A DNA stretch of 64,000 bases from Phaeosaccion multiseriatum. Its lineage: Eukaryota > Protista > Ochrophyta, other classes. The stretch spans positions 1,922,001 through 1,986,000 of the forward strand of contig OZ218952.1 in the NCBI GenBank assembly GCA_965112735.1, read 5' to 3'. The notes under the pieces are model-generated. The model worked only from the letters and a program-made list of their open reading frames with translations, ran no database searches and had not been told where the DNA came from. Every line of letters begins with the position of its first letter. The stretch's first letter is position 1. Below, piece by piece: positions 36,077 to 50,231 of this stretch. The position numbers and the translations under genes are program-made.

Positions 36077-39000
36077 AGGGATTTGAGAGCATGGGAGACA
36101 GAGGGAGCAAGGATAATAGATCAGGCGTGGCTCTCCATTTCGGGCGGTCAAGGAGTGTCTCAAGAAGAAGAGGGGTACTGCTTTGGTATGGAGGACCCCT
36201 TTTGTCCTCCCCCCCTAGGGCTTGCTTTTGTGGTTGGTTGTTGAGGCGCGCTTTTGTGTGTGTGTCTGTGTGTGTGTGTGGATTTGTTTGTTGCTCTTTT
36301 GGCCTTCTGTTTGTTGCTTCACCGCTATACCGCACTTGCCCCACTGTTTCTCCCTCTGTCCCTCCCTTCCCTCCCTCCCTCCCTCCCTCCCTCCCTCCCT
36401 CCCTCTCTCTCTCCCTCTCCCTTCCCCCCCTCTTCTCCTCTCCCTCCCTCCCTCCCTCCCTTCGTCCCTTAGGACCCTGTCCAGAGGAAGTGGATCGAGC
36501 AGCTCAACGCTCTCGCTCTCAAGAGTAAGCAGGAGAAGGAGAGGGAGGAGGCAGAAGCGGAGGCGAGGAAGCGGAGAGCAGCCGAGGCAGCGGAGGAAGC
36601 AAAGGCCAAAGTGGAGGAGAAGCTGTGGATGGAGGAGAGGAAGGAGGAGGAGGAGGAGGAGGAGGAGGAGGAGGAGGAGGAGGAGGAGCAGGAGGAGGAG
36701 GAGGAGGAAGAGGAAAAGAAGGAGGGGAAGGACATGGAGTGTGTCGAGAGAGACACTGAGCTTACCGCTGTCGGGGGTTCTTCTGGAACTGGTGCTCCTG
36801 GTGCCTCTGGAGCTGGTGTTGAGGGTGCTGCTGATTCTGGTGGTCTGACTCCACCTCTCAGGACTGAGGGAGGAGGAGGAGGATCAGCCGCGGAAACTGT
36901 GCCTGAGCAAGGGCAAGGGCAACATCAAGAGGGCGTTGAGATGAAGGGAGGGCGAGAAAGAGGAGGAGGAGGAGGAGGAGGAGGAGGAGGAGGAGGAGGA
37001 GGAGGAGGAGGAGGAGGAGGAGAAGAAGGAGCGACATCCATTGCCATCCCGCCAGCCCCCTTGGAGACCAGCAAGCCTGCCGCGGCCGACGCTGCGTACT
37101 CCGTTACCTTCTACGGCAAGCGGCTCGGCCTGCAGCTTCGGTGTGTGTGTTGTGTGTGTGTGTTGTGTGCCTGTGAGTTCATCAATCTCTCTACTCTTTC
37201 TCTCAGCGTGTGGGTGTAAACATGCATGCGTATACATGTGTGTGTGAATCGAGGAGAGCGTAACTTTGTTTGCTCTGCTGCTCCTACCTCCATCCCACCT
37301 CACCCCACTCCACTTCACCCACCCACCCCACCGCACTTCATCCCACTTGGCTTGCTCAGGGAGCTACACGGCATCCCTGTAGTAGGGGGCTTGAACGGAT
37401 ACGACCCCAAGGGGATCCGAGACGGGCAGGAGGAGCAGGAGGATGGCAGTGGATGGGAGGCAGAGGAGGACACGTACGCAGGCGCGGAGCAAGGACAGGA
37501 CAGCGAAGAGGGGGCGGTGGTGGTAAGTCAGCAAAGAAGCGCATGTTTGGGGGAGGGGGGCAGAGAGACAGGGGGAGGGACAACAACGAAAAAAGAAGGC
37601 GCTGAGCGAAGTGAGTGAGTGAGTGACTGACTGACTGACTCGACTAACTCGCCTGACTCCCCGTGTATGCATGATGATCTACATCCTCTCTCCACAGGGC
37701 GGGGTAGGCGGCTGGGACGACCTTGACGGCCGATCCGGTGAGTGAGTGAGTGAGTGAGTGGGTGCGTGAGTGGGTGGGTGCGTGAGTGAGTGAGTGAGTG
37801 AGTGAGTGAGTGAGTGAGGGAGTGAGTGAGGGAGTGAGTGGGTGGGTGAGTGAGTGGGTGGGTGAGGGAGTGAGTGAGTGAGTGAGTGAGCGCGGCCTTA
37901 TGTAGGCCTGTGTGTGGGGGGGGGCAGTCATACCCACTCATACCCACTCGTACCCACTCGTACCTACTCCTGCCCACTCACATCCGTGCCCACCCCTCTC
38001 ACACAGACTCAGCAGCAATGGACGACTTGCACACCATGTTCGGAGGCCTGAGCAACAGCGACAACATGTCAAACATGCTGCTGCAGGACCTCGACCTTAC
38101 CGTCAAGTGCATCGTTCAGTGCCCTGCGGTAAGGGTAGGGGAGGGGAGAGGAGGGGGACCAGAGGGGAGGGAACGGAGGGGGACGATTTCGCGTCGTGTC
38201 TTGCTGGAGCAGTAGGGAGTCCCTTCCACGATGCTCCCTCTGTTCCGGCTCACTACTTCTTCTGTGGCCATTCCCACTCTCATCCTGTCTCCGTCTCTTC
38301 CCCTCTCACCTCCACCCGTCTCTCACTCTCTCTCCCTCTCTCTTCTCTCTCTCTCCCCCCCCCCCCCCTCTCTCTCTCTCCCTCTCTTTCTCTCTCCCCC
38401 TTTAGCTCTTCGGCCCCCGTGTGAAGAAGCTGTGGCGCTGGCGACCCCCCGGGGTGAGCTCCTCTCTGGAGCTGGCAGAGGACCCTGAGCACAGCTTGAT
38501 GCTCTTCGAGGCGGGTCTGAGGAAGAGATTGGGCATAGCTGCACCAGGTGATGATACAGTGACAGCAGCAGCAGTTGGTGATACTGCGGCGGCACCTGGT
38601 CGTGCCAGTGGTGATACAGCAGCAGCAGCAGCAGCAGCAGGAGAAGGAGGAGGAGGAGGAGGAGGAGGGGGAAAGAAGGAGGGGCCGTTGGTGATACAGC
38701 AGCAGCCGGCCCCGGCAACCTCCATAGCGGCTCCTCCCCTTGCTCTGCACGTCTCCTTCCGCGACGCAGAGACGGGCGAACTTGTGTCGCTGGACTGTGA
38801 GGCCTGGGGGGACTTCTGCGCCATGAAGGCCAAGACCATCACAGTGGAGCTGGGGAGGGAAGAGGAACAGGTTGGGGGTCAAGTTGGTGATACGGCAGCA
38901 GCAGTTGGTGGTGCAGCAGTAGTAGAAGGAGGAGCAGAAGGGACGGCGGCAGCGGCGACGGGTCAGCAAGGAACAGACGAGACAGAGGAAGCTGCATCTG

Positions 39001-41559
39001 ACGACCTTCAGCAACAAGGGGAAGAAAACGAAGAAGGAGGAGGAGAGGAAGGGGGAGGAGGAGGAGGAGGAGGAGGAGGAGGAGAGGAGGATACGCAGGC
39101 AGATGTCTCTCCTCTCTCTGCGCCTCTCCTCTTCGGAGAGAGCGATGGTAGTGCCCACGAGGTAGAGGAGGAGGCGGGAGAGAGATGGGTGGAGGGAGGG
39201 GTGGGAGAGAGAGAGGGGAAGGAGCGGTGTGATGACGACGATGCACACACGATTGGCGAAGAAGAGGGGGGCGATGACCAACAGCGCCAGCAGCACCAGC
39301 AGCAGCAAGAGGAAGAGGAGGAGGAGCAGGAGGGTAGAGAGGGGGCGGAGGCGGAGGCGGAGAAGGAGGCAACGAGCTCACCTACGACTAAGCATGTGCG
39401 GAAGGGCAGCGTTGATGGATCCGCCCCCCCCGCCCCCTTGCCGCCACTGCTGCCGACGCTGCCGCCGCTGCCTCTGTCCGTGGAGGGCTCGGCAGTGGAG
39501 GAGGAGCGCCGGCCCTGTATTGGGGCCGTGCTGCTGGCAGTCAACGGGGTGCGAACCCAGGTGAGGCACGGGGAGGGGGGACGTGGATGATTAAGGGATG
39601 AAAGGAAAGAAGGAAGGAAGATCGGGGAAGGAGGAGGAGGAGGGCGAGGAGGAGGAGGAGGACGAGAGGGAGGAGGAGGAGGAGGAGGAGGAGGAGGAGG
39701 ACGGATGGGTGTGTTTACCTATCGTCCTGCCTCTGGTCCACCCCTCGACTCTCTCTCTATCTTGCCCTCACTCCCCCCCCTCTCACCGCCGCATCCCCTC
39801 CTCTCTCTTCTCTCTTCCCTGCCCCTCCCTTCCCTCCCCTCTCCTCCCCCTCTCCCTTCCCCATTCTCTTCCCAACCTTCTTCACCCCCCTCTAACCAAC
39901 AACAGGGCCTGAGCTTTTCCAACGTAGTGTCTTTGCTCACCACCCAACAACGGCCGTTACGCCTTGAGTTTGCAGATAGCTGGGACACCATCTTCCACAG
40001 AGACCTCATCGAGGACCAGGCCAGGGACAAGATCTCCAGGAAGACGTTCGACTTGAAGATGGAGCATCCCCTCGCCGCCAAGATGAAGGCCAAGGTACGC
40101 CACGCCTTCGGGGGTGGATGGTGGATTCATTGTGGTGTGGATAGTGGGTTGACAAGTGACCGACCACGGCAGGTGGATGCACCCCCCAACACTTCAACGC
40201 CCCCCACACCCCCTCCCTCTCTACCCCCCCTCTCACCCTTTCCCTCCCTGTCTACGCTCCGTCTCAACATTTCCATCTCCCCTCTCCTTCCCTCCCTCCC
40301 CTTCCCCTCCCCCTCCCCCTCTCTCTCCTGCCCTCCCCTCTCCCCTCCCCTCTATCCCTCTCCTCCTCTCCCCTCTCCTCCTCCTCTCCTCTCCTCCCCT
40401 CCCCTCTCTCCATCCGCCTCTCTCTCCATATGTCTCCCCACCCCTCTCCTCCCTCCATACGCCTCTCCTCTGTTCTGCTCTTCTCGACTGTTGTAACTGT
40501 TGTAACTGTTGTAGATGGGTGAGTGGATGTCCTCCTTCCTCGAGCAAGACCTTCGTGAGCTCTCTACAGAGGCTGCGGCGGGTAGGGGGCAGACGCCGAG
40601 TGCCATGCTGTGGTCGCTCGTGGTGTGGATGGAACAGGTCAGTCTGTGCGCTGTGTATCTTCTCTCCCTCTTGTTTTGTCTCTGTCTCTCTGTCTCTCTG
40701 TCTCCCTGCCTCTCTCTCTATGTGTGAGGCTGTGTCTATGTCTGCTTCTGTCTCTGCCTCTTGCCTCTCTCTCTCTCTTTCTCTCTGTCTTTTGTCTCCC
40801 TCTCCGTGTTTTGTCTCTCTGTTTCTCTGTCTGCGTCTCCGTCTCTCTCTGTCTCTCTCTCTCTCTCTCTCCCCCTCTCCTTTCCATAAGCGCTGACCGA
40901 CCCACCCATCCAACCCACCCATCCACGCTTTGCTTTGTGCCTCTGCCCACTCTGCCCCCATTGACTTACTACCCACTGACTTCCTGCCCATTGACTTACT
41001 GCCCACCCACCCACCCCCACTCGTTAGGAGCTGGAGAAGATTGGCATCTTTAGCAATAACGCACAGGCAGGCGGCGGTCTTCCTATCATGGAGCGGAGGC
41101 AGTGGCAAGACGTGCACGCCCACCTCGAGCGTTTCGTGTTTGAGCAGACCTTCGAGCACTGCATCGCTTCCTCTGTGCCGGACTACGCCAACTGTGACTC
41201 CGTACTCAGTGACCGCTTGGCTTCGCTGCGCTTCTTGCAGCCGAGGCATTGGTGCGTGGGGCACATGTTACACCCCTCAGACGCCGAAGGTGAGGAGCAA
41301 GTGTATATATATATATAGAGAGGTAGGCGACCTACGTAAGACTACGTACTGGTCGGTGTATGTGTGTGTGTGTGTGGGGGGGGGGGGGGGCATATACTTA
41401 CCCCTTCAGATGCAGAAAATGAGGTGTGAAGTGTGAGTGGAGGGTGAGTGTGTGGGTGTGAGTTTCAGTCTCCCACTCTCACTGAGGCAGGTTCATACGG
41501 GCAGGCGGTCAGGCTGGAACAGGAAACTGAAACTGACTCCGCCTCGCCCCCCTCCCGCC

Positions 41560-41590
<31 letters not shown>

Positions 41591-42663
41591 CCTCTCTCCC
41601 TCTCTCCCTCTCTCTCCCTCTCTCCCTCTCTCTCAGGGCGTGAGTGGGAGCTGGCAGGACGCGAGCTGTACCGCTTGACGGAGTGCCGCTGCCCGCATGA
41701 CATGCTCAGCTGCGTCACGGCCTGCGTCAGACTCGTTGCGCTCTCAGTGGAGGCTGCCATGCTCCGCCAGCAGCAAGCAATAGCAGTTGGTGATACAGCA
41801 GCAGTTGGGGATACAGGAGGTGGCGATACAGGAGCTGGGGATGCAGGAGCTGGTGATGCAGCAGTGGGTGATACAGCAGGGGCAGGCGGAGGGGGAGGGG
41901 GGCAGGGGAGCAAGAAGGGAGGACACAAGAAGGCGGTCGCCATCGGAGCGGACGATCTGCTGGCAGCTCTGACGTGGGTGCTCGTTCAGGTGAGAGGGGA
42001 ATAGGGGAAGAGGAGAGGGGAGAGGTGGGGAAGGGGAGAGGGGAGAGGGGAGCAGTGGTGGAGGTCCATGTCCATGGGAGGGGAGAGGGGACAGGAGAAA
42101 GGAGAGGGTCATGCGGGGGCGGGAGGTGGCGACGGCTGATTGATGCCGCCCGCGGAACAAACAGCGCCCCTTTGGAATAGAGGAAGGGAATCGTTTGCTT
42201 TTCTCCCTCTTTGCTGGCCAATCATTCCGGTGGTCGGTTTTGATTGCCAAATGTGTCTGCCTGTCTGCCTGTCTGTCTGCCTGTCTGTCTGTGTGTGTGT
42301 GTGTGCCTGTGTGTGTGCTACTCCCTCACTCACTCACTCACTCACTGTGTGAGCGACTCCCATCCTCCCATCCTCCCATCCTCCCTCCCTCGTAGACCAA
42401 CCCTCCCCGTCTGGCGAGTCGTGTTTGGTTCGCAGCGAACTACATGCGCACCAACGGACGCGTCGGAGGATCAGGGGAGGGCGCGTACTGCCTCACTCAG
42501 GTAGAGGCATATGGAGCGGGAGGCTGGTCGGTTGGTTGGTTGGTTGGTCACAAAGGAGAAGATGGTAAAGGGTTTGTCTGCTTTGTCACGGTACGCCCCC
42601 GGTGTACAGACAGACCGACTATGCCATGCCCCACTACTCCTTCTGTATCACCAACTGCTACTG

Positions 42664-42697
<34 letters not shown>

Positions 42698-42990
42698 ATC
42701 CCCATCAACTGCTGCGCGTGTTTCTTTAGCTCTCTTCTGCCCTCGAGTACGCACGAACGGCCGACGCCTGTGTCCTAGCCGACATCTGTGAATCGGAGCT
42801 GGAGGAAGGCATCCGCCGCCACGGAGCCACACAGAGCCTCATCGCTGCGGCCCGAGACGGAAACGTGGAGGAGGTGCGGGCATGCCTAGGCCGAGGGGCA
42901 GACGTCAATGGTAAGTGGGATGGGGGAAGTTGGAGGGGATCGGCGGCGGGTGGGAGGGGACAAGCAAGATGACGCGCCCACCTGCCCGCC

Positions 42991-43022
<32 letters not shown>

Positions 43023-44835
43023 GGAGGGAGGGAGAGAGAGGGGCGGAGAGAGAGAGGGAGGGAGAGAGGTTTGCGAACCTCCCTCCCCCTCCCTTCTCCG
43101 GTTTGCATTGTTCGCCCACCCGCCTGAGTGTGTAATCCGTTACATTGCCCCCTCTTCCCCTTCTTCCTCTTGTCTCCCCTCCTCCTTCTTCCCTCCCTGC
43201 CTTCCTCCTCCTTCCCCCTCCCCTCTCCCCCCTCCTGCCCTGCCCTGCCCTGTCGATACACCTCTATCCCATCCCTGTCCTACCCATACACCTCTATCCT
43301 ACCTCTGTCCTACCGTGGCCTATCCAAATACCCACATACCCTGCCCCTGCCCTGCCCATACACCTGCACCTTGCTCTGCGCAGGTCTCTCAACGGATCAG
43401 CAGGACACGGCTCTCACCGCTGCCGTAAGGGGGGGGCAGCTGGGGGTGGTACGAGAGCTCCTCGGTGAGTGCTTAGCAAATACTACGGGGTAGTCAAAAA
43501 GAGAGAAGCGAGTACTTGGTGCGCAGTCAAAATGTAGAAGCGAGTACTTCGTGCGCAGTCACTAGAGCAGTGAGGAGTGAGTAGAAAGTCACTGAAGCAG
43601 TGAGTAGTGAGAAGATGGCATGGCTGCGGTAGAAATGTGTTCACGAGTCTCTCCTCCCTTCCCTCACTCACTCACTCACCCACTCACCCACCCACTCAAT
43701 TACTCACCCTCTCTCCAACTAATCTCTTCACACACTTGCGTGTGTATGTGTGTGCGTGCGTGCGCCGCCCACAGAGGGCCCTCCCATCCACACCAAAGGC
43801 ACTGGGAATGAAACTGTCACAGTCGCTCGGCCAAAGCTGTCTGTCCAAGTGTGCCCCACCTACGGAGAGCGGCGCAAGCTCACGGCACTCATGATCGCCG
43901 CCGCCACTCGGGAGCATACAGCAGTTGCTGATACAGCTGCGGCTGTTGGTGATGAGGAGGAGGATAAGAGGGACGAGGAGAAGGAGGACGGCAATATACC
44001 CAAGACCAAGAGCCTGGCGAGTATAGCGAGCATGGGTAGCATAGCCAGCATAGCCAGCACGGCGAGGCGGAAACCAGAGAGACTAGAGAGAGAGGGCTCA
44101 GGACTCGAGCTCCTGCTGCTGCTCCTCCGGCACGCATCCTCCTCGGACCGCGAGCAAACGTGCGCCGATGGCCTCAACGCCGTGGACTACGGCTATGGCT
44201 ATGGCTTTGGAAATGGCTCTGGGAATGGCTCTGGCTCAGTGGAGGTGGCGTCAGTGCTGCTTGCTGACCCTGCAAAAGTCAGCGTGTGCCAGGCTGTGCA
44301 GGTGAGGGGGGGGGAAGTATGGGTGGGTGAGTGAGTGGGTGAGTGAGTGGGGGAGTGAGTGGGGGAGTGCGGGCAAGGAGAGAGGAGGACGTGAAGTGAA
44401 GAGGGGTGGGAATAATGTTCTGTGGGCGGGTGTGTGTGTATGTGTGTGTATCTGTGTGCGTGTGCGTGGGGTGGCGCTCTGAAACCCGGTACATATTCTA
44501 CACGAGACCCCTTGTCTGCCAGTGATGTGGTGGGTAAAGACAACAGCTGCTGTACCACCAACGTTGCTGCTGTCTGTGTGCCACCCCCCTTTCTCCTCCC
44601 CCAGGCGGGTCATCTTGCCTACGTCAAGGCCCTGCTGCTCCAGGGGCAGGATCCAAATGCAGGCAAGTGGGAAAGCACCCCCACCGGAGATACCCTGATT
44701 CCAAAGAGACCAAAGCAGCTTCACCCAAACCCCCCCCGCTCCCTCCTACCACCTTCTCCTGCTGCCCCCCGTCGCTTACTGTCCCTCACCCCATGCCTTC
44801 TGAGTCTCTGCCCGCCCTCTTCACTCACACCCTTG

Positions 44836-44883
<48 letters not shown>

Positions 44884-47800
44884 CTCCTCGACCTCCGTCC
44901 TCCACTGCCATTGCTTGACGCTATTGCTTGACCCTGCCCCTTCTTCCTCTCCTTCAGTTGCTTGCTCATGCCTGATGCCTGCGCCGTCCTTTCTTTTTCC
45001 ATCGTCCTTGCCGAGGGCGCTGCAATCCACTCACTCGTGTAGCTTCACCTTCATGTTGCCCATGGGGGGCGCTGCGATCCACTCACTCGTGTGTGTCGCT
45101 TCACCTTCATGTTGCCCATCAAGTGTAACCTTGTTGCCCATCCGCCCCTCGTCCCGCCTTGCTTGAATGCTCTCCCTCTCTCTCTGTGTATGTGTGTGTG
45201 CGCGCATCCCCATCCCTCTCTTGCATCCATCCACTGCCATCTACTGCCATCCAACTCCCATCCACTGCCATCATTGCCATCCACCCCTTGTGACACCTCA
45301 CAGTCGACTCAACGGGGCAGTTCTCGCCTCTGATAGCGGCGTCCCTGCTCGGCCATCTGCCCATACTTGATGCGCTGTTGGAGGACTCCGCCACTGATGT
45401 CACGCGGTGAGGAGGAGAGAGAGGAGAGAGAGGGACACACAGAGAGGGAGAGAGAGGCACTAAGGGAGGGAGGGAGGGAGGGAGGGAGGGAGGGGGCAGC
45501 ACGGCACAAGAGAATAGTTTAGGCTCACTTGTCTTTTCTTATCCTCTTGCCCGTCCTCCTCTCTTGTCCTTTGTGCTCTTTTCTTCCTTTTTTATTTCAT
45601 CCCCCTTTCTTCTGCGCTCTCCAGGTGCAATGCCCGAGGAGAAACGGCTCTCATGTACTCTGTTCAGCGGGAGGGACACTGCTCCACCGCGGGGCAGGTG
45701 GGTGTGTGGTTGTGTGTAGACTGGGCACTCACTGACAGTTTCAGTTTCAGTTTCAGTTTATTTGCCCTCGGCGTCAAACTCACGTCCACTTACCTCAAAC
45801 TCTAACTCACTTCTCACTCACTTCTTACTCACTTTTTGGCACTTTTTACTCACTCACTGACTCACTCACTCACATACGTAGTCACACGCACCCTTATTCA
45901 CTCACTGACTCACTCACTCACTCACTCACTCACTTACTCACTCACTCACTCACTCACTCACTCACTCACTCACTCACTTACTTACTCACTCACTCACTCA
46001 CTCACTCACTCACTCACTCACTCACTCACTCACCCCCCGCCCCCATTGCCCGGCCTGGCCAGGTGGCAGTGGCGTCTCGACTTCTCCGAGCGGGCATTGA
46101 CCGCAGCGCCACGGACAGAGAGGGCAAGACGGCGCTGCAGTGGGCAGAGCGCTTCGGCAGTGCTCGACTCGTGGAGGTGATGAGGAACGATCCGAGACAA
46201 GTGGCCATCTTTGAGGCCTCCAGGTATAGGGTCTTGGGTATCGGGGTATTGGGCATTGGGAGAGAGGAGAAGAGAGGGAGGGAGGGAGGAGAGAGAGAGA
46301 GAGGAAGGAAGGGAGAGTATGAGGGTGCGGAGTGCTAAGGTTTCATTTCGGTGGTGGGTGGGTGGGTGGGTGGGGCTGCTGAGAGCGTTGCGTAGACAGA
46401 TGGATAACAAACGAGGGAATCATAAGAGTGCGTGAGAGAAAGAGGTAGAATGCTTCGTGATTGATACTTTCTCACTCACTCACTCACTGCCATACCCTCC
46501 CCTCTCCTCCCCTCCACGCGCCCACAGATCCCGTGATCTGCCCGCAGTGCGTGGTCTGCTTGATCAGGGCTGCGACCCCAATGAAGCGTGTCCAGAGAGA
46601 AACTACACGCCGCTCATTGCAGCCATCTTTAATCAAGACGAGGTGAGGGAGGGAGGAGGAAGGAGGGAGCGAGGGAGTGGGTGAGTGGGTGAGTGGGTGA
46701 GTGTGTAACCAAGCCTCTGCTGCTGCTGCTGCTGCTGCTGCTGTTGTATCACCAACTCTCGTATGTCATGTGTGACAGGACATGACACGCGCGCTGCTGA
46801 CACACCCGGACACGGATGCGGACAAACCGGGCCTTCACGGCATGACTCCTCTTATGTATGCCGCCCAGGTGAGAGTAAGGCAGTGAAAGTAAGGCAGTGA
46901 ACGTAAGAAGCAGCGAGAGAGAGGGCCGGTGAGTAGTTGTAGCAAGTACGGCAACGAAAGAGAAACAGTTGAGACGCGCCGTCCCGGTCACCCACGCACT
47001 CCCACCGTCCCTCCCTCCCTCACTCTCTGTCTGTCATTGTGGCAGGCCGGGCACTTTCGCATGGCCCAACTGCTCCTCCTCCACGAGCGCTCTAACCGCT
47101 ATCTGCGCAACAACAAGGGGGAGAGAGCTCTGGACATCGCAGCGGAGAGGGGCTTCCGGTGAGTTGAGTGAGTGAGTGAGTGAGTGAGTGAGTGGCGGGG
47201 TTGGGTGCGGGAGGGATGGGGTAGGGTGGGTGTGATGGGGGAGGGGAAGGGGGGGGGACGGGCAGGGCGTCCTCAATGGCACTTGATGGTGCCGCCGCTA
47301 CTGTATCACCAACTCCTGCTGCTGCTGCTACTGCTGCTGCTGTTGTATCACCAACTGCCAGGGATGTGGTGAACCTGCTCTCCTTCGATCCCGCCCGTCA
47401 GAGCGTGTGCCTCCTTGCCGTGAGGGGAGACTGCCCCGCGGTCCTTAGTCTTGTGGCGCAGGTGCGAGTGCAAGCGGCACAGAGAGAGAGAGATTAGACT
47501 GTATAGTGTGTGTGGTATTGCCCATGAGAGGCTTGCCATGCTTCTCTTTGTGGTGCCCACGCAGCGCTCTCTCTGTCTCTCCGTCAAACTCCTTACACTC
47601 GTTTCCTGCTTGTTCAATAGTGGTGCCCTGTGCCAATTGGTTTGTTGTGTTGAACATGTGCACGCACACACACACACACACGCACCCCCTCCCCCCCCTC
47701 CCCCCTTCCCAACCCCAGGGCGTCCCCCTGAACTCTCGGCACCGCATCAGGACGGCAAGGGGGTGGCAGCAAGACATGTACTCACCGCTCATCGCCGCCG

Positions 47801-49028
47801 CTGCGGAGGTGAGTCATGCAGACAGGCAGGCGCATGGGCAGAGTACGGCAGGCAGTAAGACAGGCATATGGGCAGGATCGTTGGGTAGGGCGAGAGCTTG
47901 CTCAGGGGTCGTGTGTGCCGTACGTCTAAACTGACGTCCAAACTGTCTCGCACTCTCTCACGCACCCCTCCTCCTCTTGCTGTCCCTTTGCTGCTCTGTG
48001 CTCACTCGGAACAGGGGCATGTGGGTGTGATTCGGGGACTGATCCGCTACTCTGCTCAGCACTTCAAAGCACACCCCCCCAAGCGGCAGCACCTTCAGCG
48101 ACAGCACCTCCAGCGGCAGGAGCAGCAGCAGCAGCAGACGGAACGTCGCCAGCAAGGAGCGCCTGCAGCTGCCGCTATGCCTGCCCCTGCCCAGGTGGAC
48201 GGTTCTGCCCTGCTGCGAGAGCTCCAGAGGCTGCAGCTTGATCTGCGCAACGTGCTCGGACAGACGGCTCTCATGTGCGTAGGGCGGAGACCAGAGGCCG
48301 GAGCTCTCTCTCTCTCTCTCTCTCAGTCTCTCTCTGTCTCTCTCTCTCTCGCGCGAGCCCCCCCTCTCTGTCTCTCTCTCTACACCTGCACGCACCTGTG
48401 TTACTGTGTCACCATCTGCTGTGTGACCAATGCTGTATCACCAACTGCTGTATCGCCAAGTGCTGTATGACCAATGCTTCATTGCCATCTGTGGATCACC
48501 ACCACCTGCTGAATCACCAACAGGTATGCCGGGGCCCGCGGCCACGAGGAGGCGGTTCTGGCGCTGCTGGCGGCGGGGGCAAGCAGAGACGTCATGGACT
48601 TGGCGGGAAGGACGGGTGAGGGAGGGAATGAGTGAGCAAGTGGGGGACTGAGGAAGGCAAGGAGGGAGGGAGGGCGGGAGAGTGAGTGAGGGAGTGAGGG
48701 AGGGAGGGAGTGGTGAGTGAGCAAGTGACTGAGTGAGTTTTACGTATCGTGTGGTAAACAGCGTTCTGGCCCGGTAGTCATTCATCGTGCCGCCTCTGTC
48801 CCCCTCCCCCCCCCAAACACACGCACACATACCCTCTCCTTGTTAGCCCTGTGGTTCGCCCAAAGCTCGAAGAGTAAGACCCTCATACCCATTCTGCGCA
48901 TGGACCCAAAGAAGAAGAACATTGCAGAGGTGAGGAGAGGACGGAAGTGACTTAGCAGTGACTGGCAGCTGAGGACACCCTCACCCTCACCCTCACCCTC
49001 ACCCCCACCCCCACCCTCACCCTCACCC

Positions 49029-49066
<38 letters not shown>

Positions 49067-49068
49067 TT

Positions 49069-49132
<64 letters not shown>

Positions 49133-49134
49133 TT

Positions 49135-49179
<45 letters not shown>

Positions 49180-50140
49180 GCTCATCCCCTGTTGTGTATG
49201 CTGTGGCTCTCAGACGGCGGCATCAGGGGCGGTGGATGAGACGTGGGCTCTGCTGAAGCAAGGTGAGTGAGTGAGCACCATGAAGCAGGGGCGTGAGCCG
49301 ACAGGGGGTAGGTGGGTTACCGAGAAGGGGTGGATGGGTGGGTGGGTGGATGGATGGGCCGGGCATTTCGAGGCCTCGACAAGGCAGCAGAGAACGCAGC
49401 ACACCACACCATCCACAATATCATATCATTGCCCAAATCATTTGCCACAATATCATATCATTGCCCAAATCATTTGCCACAATATCATATCATTGCCCAA
49501 ATCATTTGCCACAATATCATATCATTGCCCACAATATCATATCATTGCCCAAATCATTTGCCCAACGCCCCTGGCCCCTTGCTTCTTGCGCGGCCTTTGG
49601 CATCACACCTCTTCCTCTCTGTCCGCCCCTGACACACAGCAACACAACAGCACAGCACTCGCAGAGCCTTCTTTCTAACACACGTGTTTTCGCCTCCTTT
49701 TACTTAGTTACTTGTCTTGAGTAGTTGTGTGTGAGTATTCTGCGCGGCGTCCCGTCCACTGCCTTCCTCCCTCCTGTTGGATGTGCTGCTGCATGCACCA
49801 CCCCCACCCGCCCACTGCCTTGACCCCTGCCCCACCCCCTCCCCCCTGCCTTCTCCCCTCTTCCATGTGGTACCGTATCACCGCCTATCACCCTCTCAGG
49901 AGTGGAGCTCAACGGCCTGTGGCTCTTCGACGTTGAGCAGCAACGGCAGCAGCAACAGCAGCAGCAGCAGCGACTGTCTCAGTCAAAGACGGGCAAGATG
50001 GATGCGAGCCTTGGATCCGCTGCGAGTGCCCGGCTGTATGCAGAGCGGTGCGTGCCGTGCGTGCGTGCGTGCGTGGGTGGGTGGTTGTGAGGGCTGGTGG
50101 GCAGTGGCGGTTTTTGTGATGGAGATGATGATGATGAGGG

Positions 50141-50176
<36 letters not shown>

Positions 50177-50197
50177 GGGTGGTGGCACATGCGTAGT

Positions 50198-50231
<34 letters not shown>

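Noticed and set aside
49414-49563. 32-bp repeats as a CRISPR array
   Set aside because: Head-to-tail units with no unique spacers, in a eukaryotic intron, and no cas genes.
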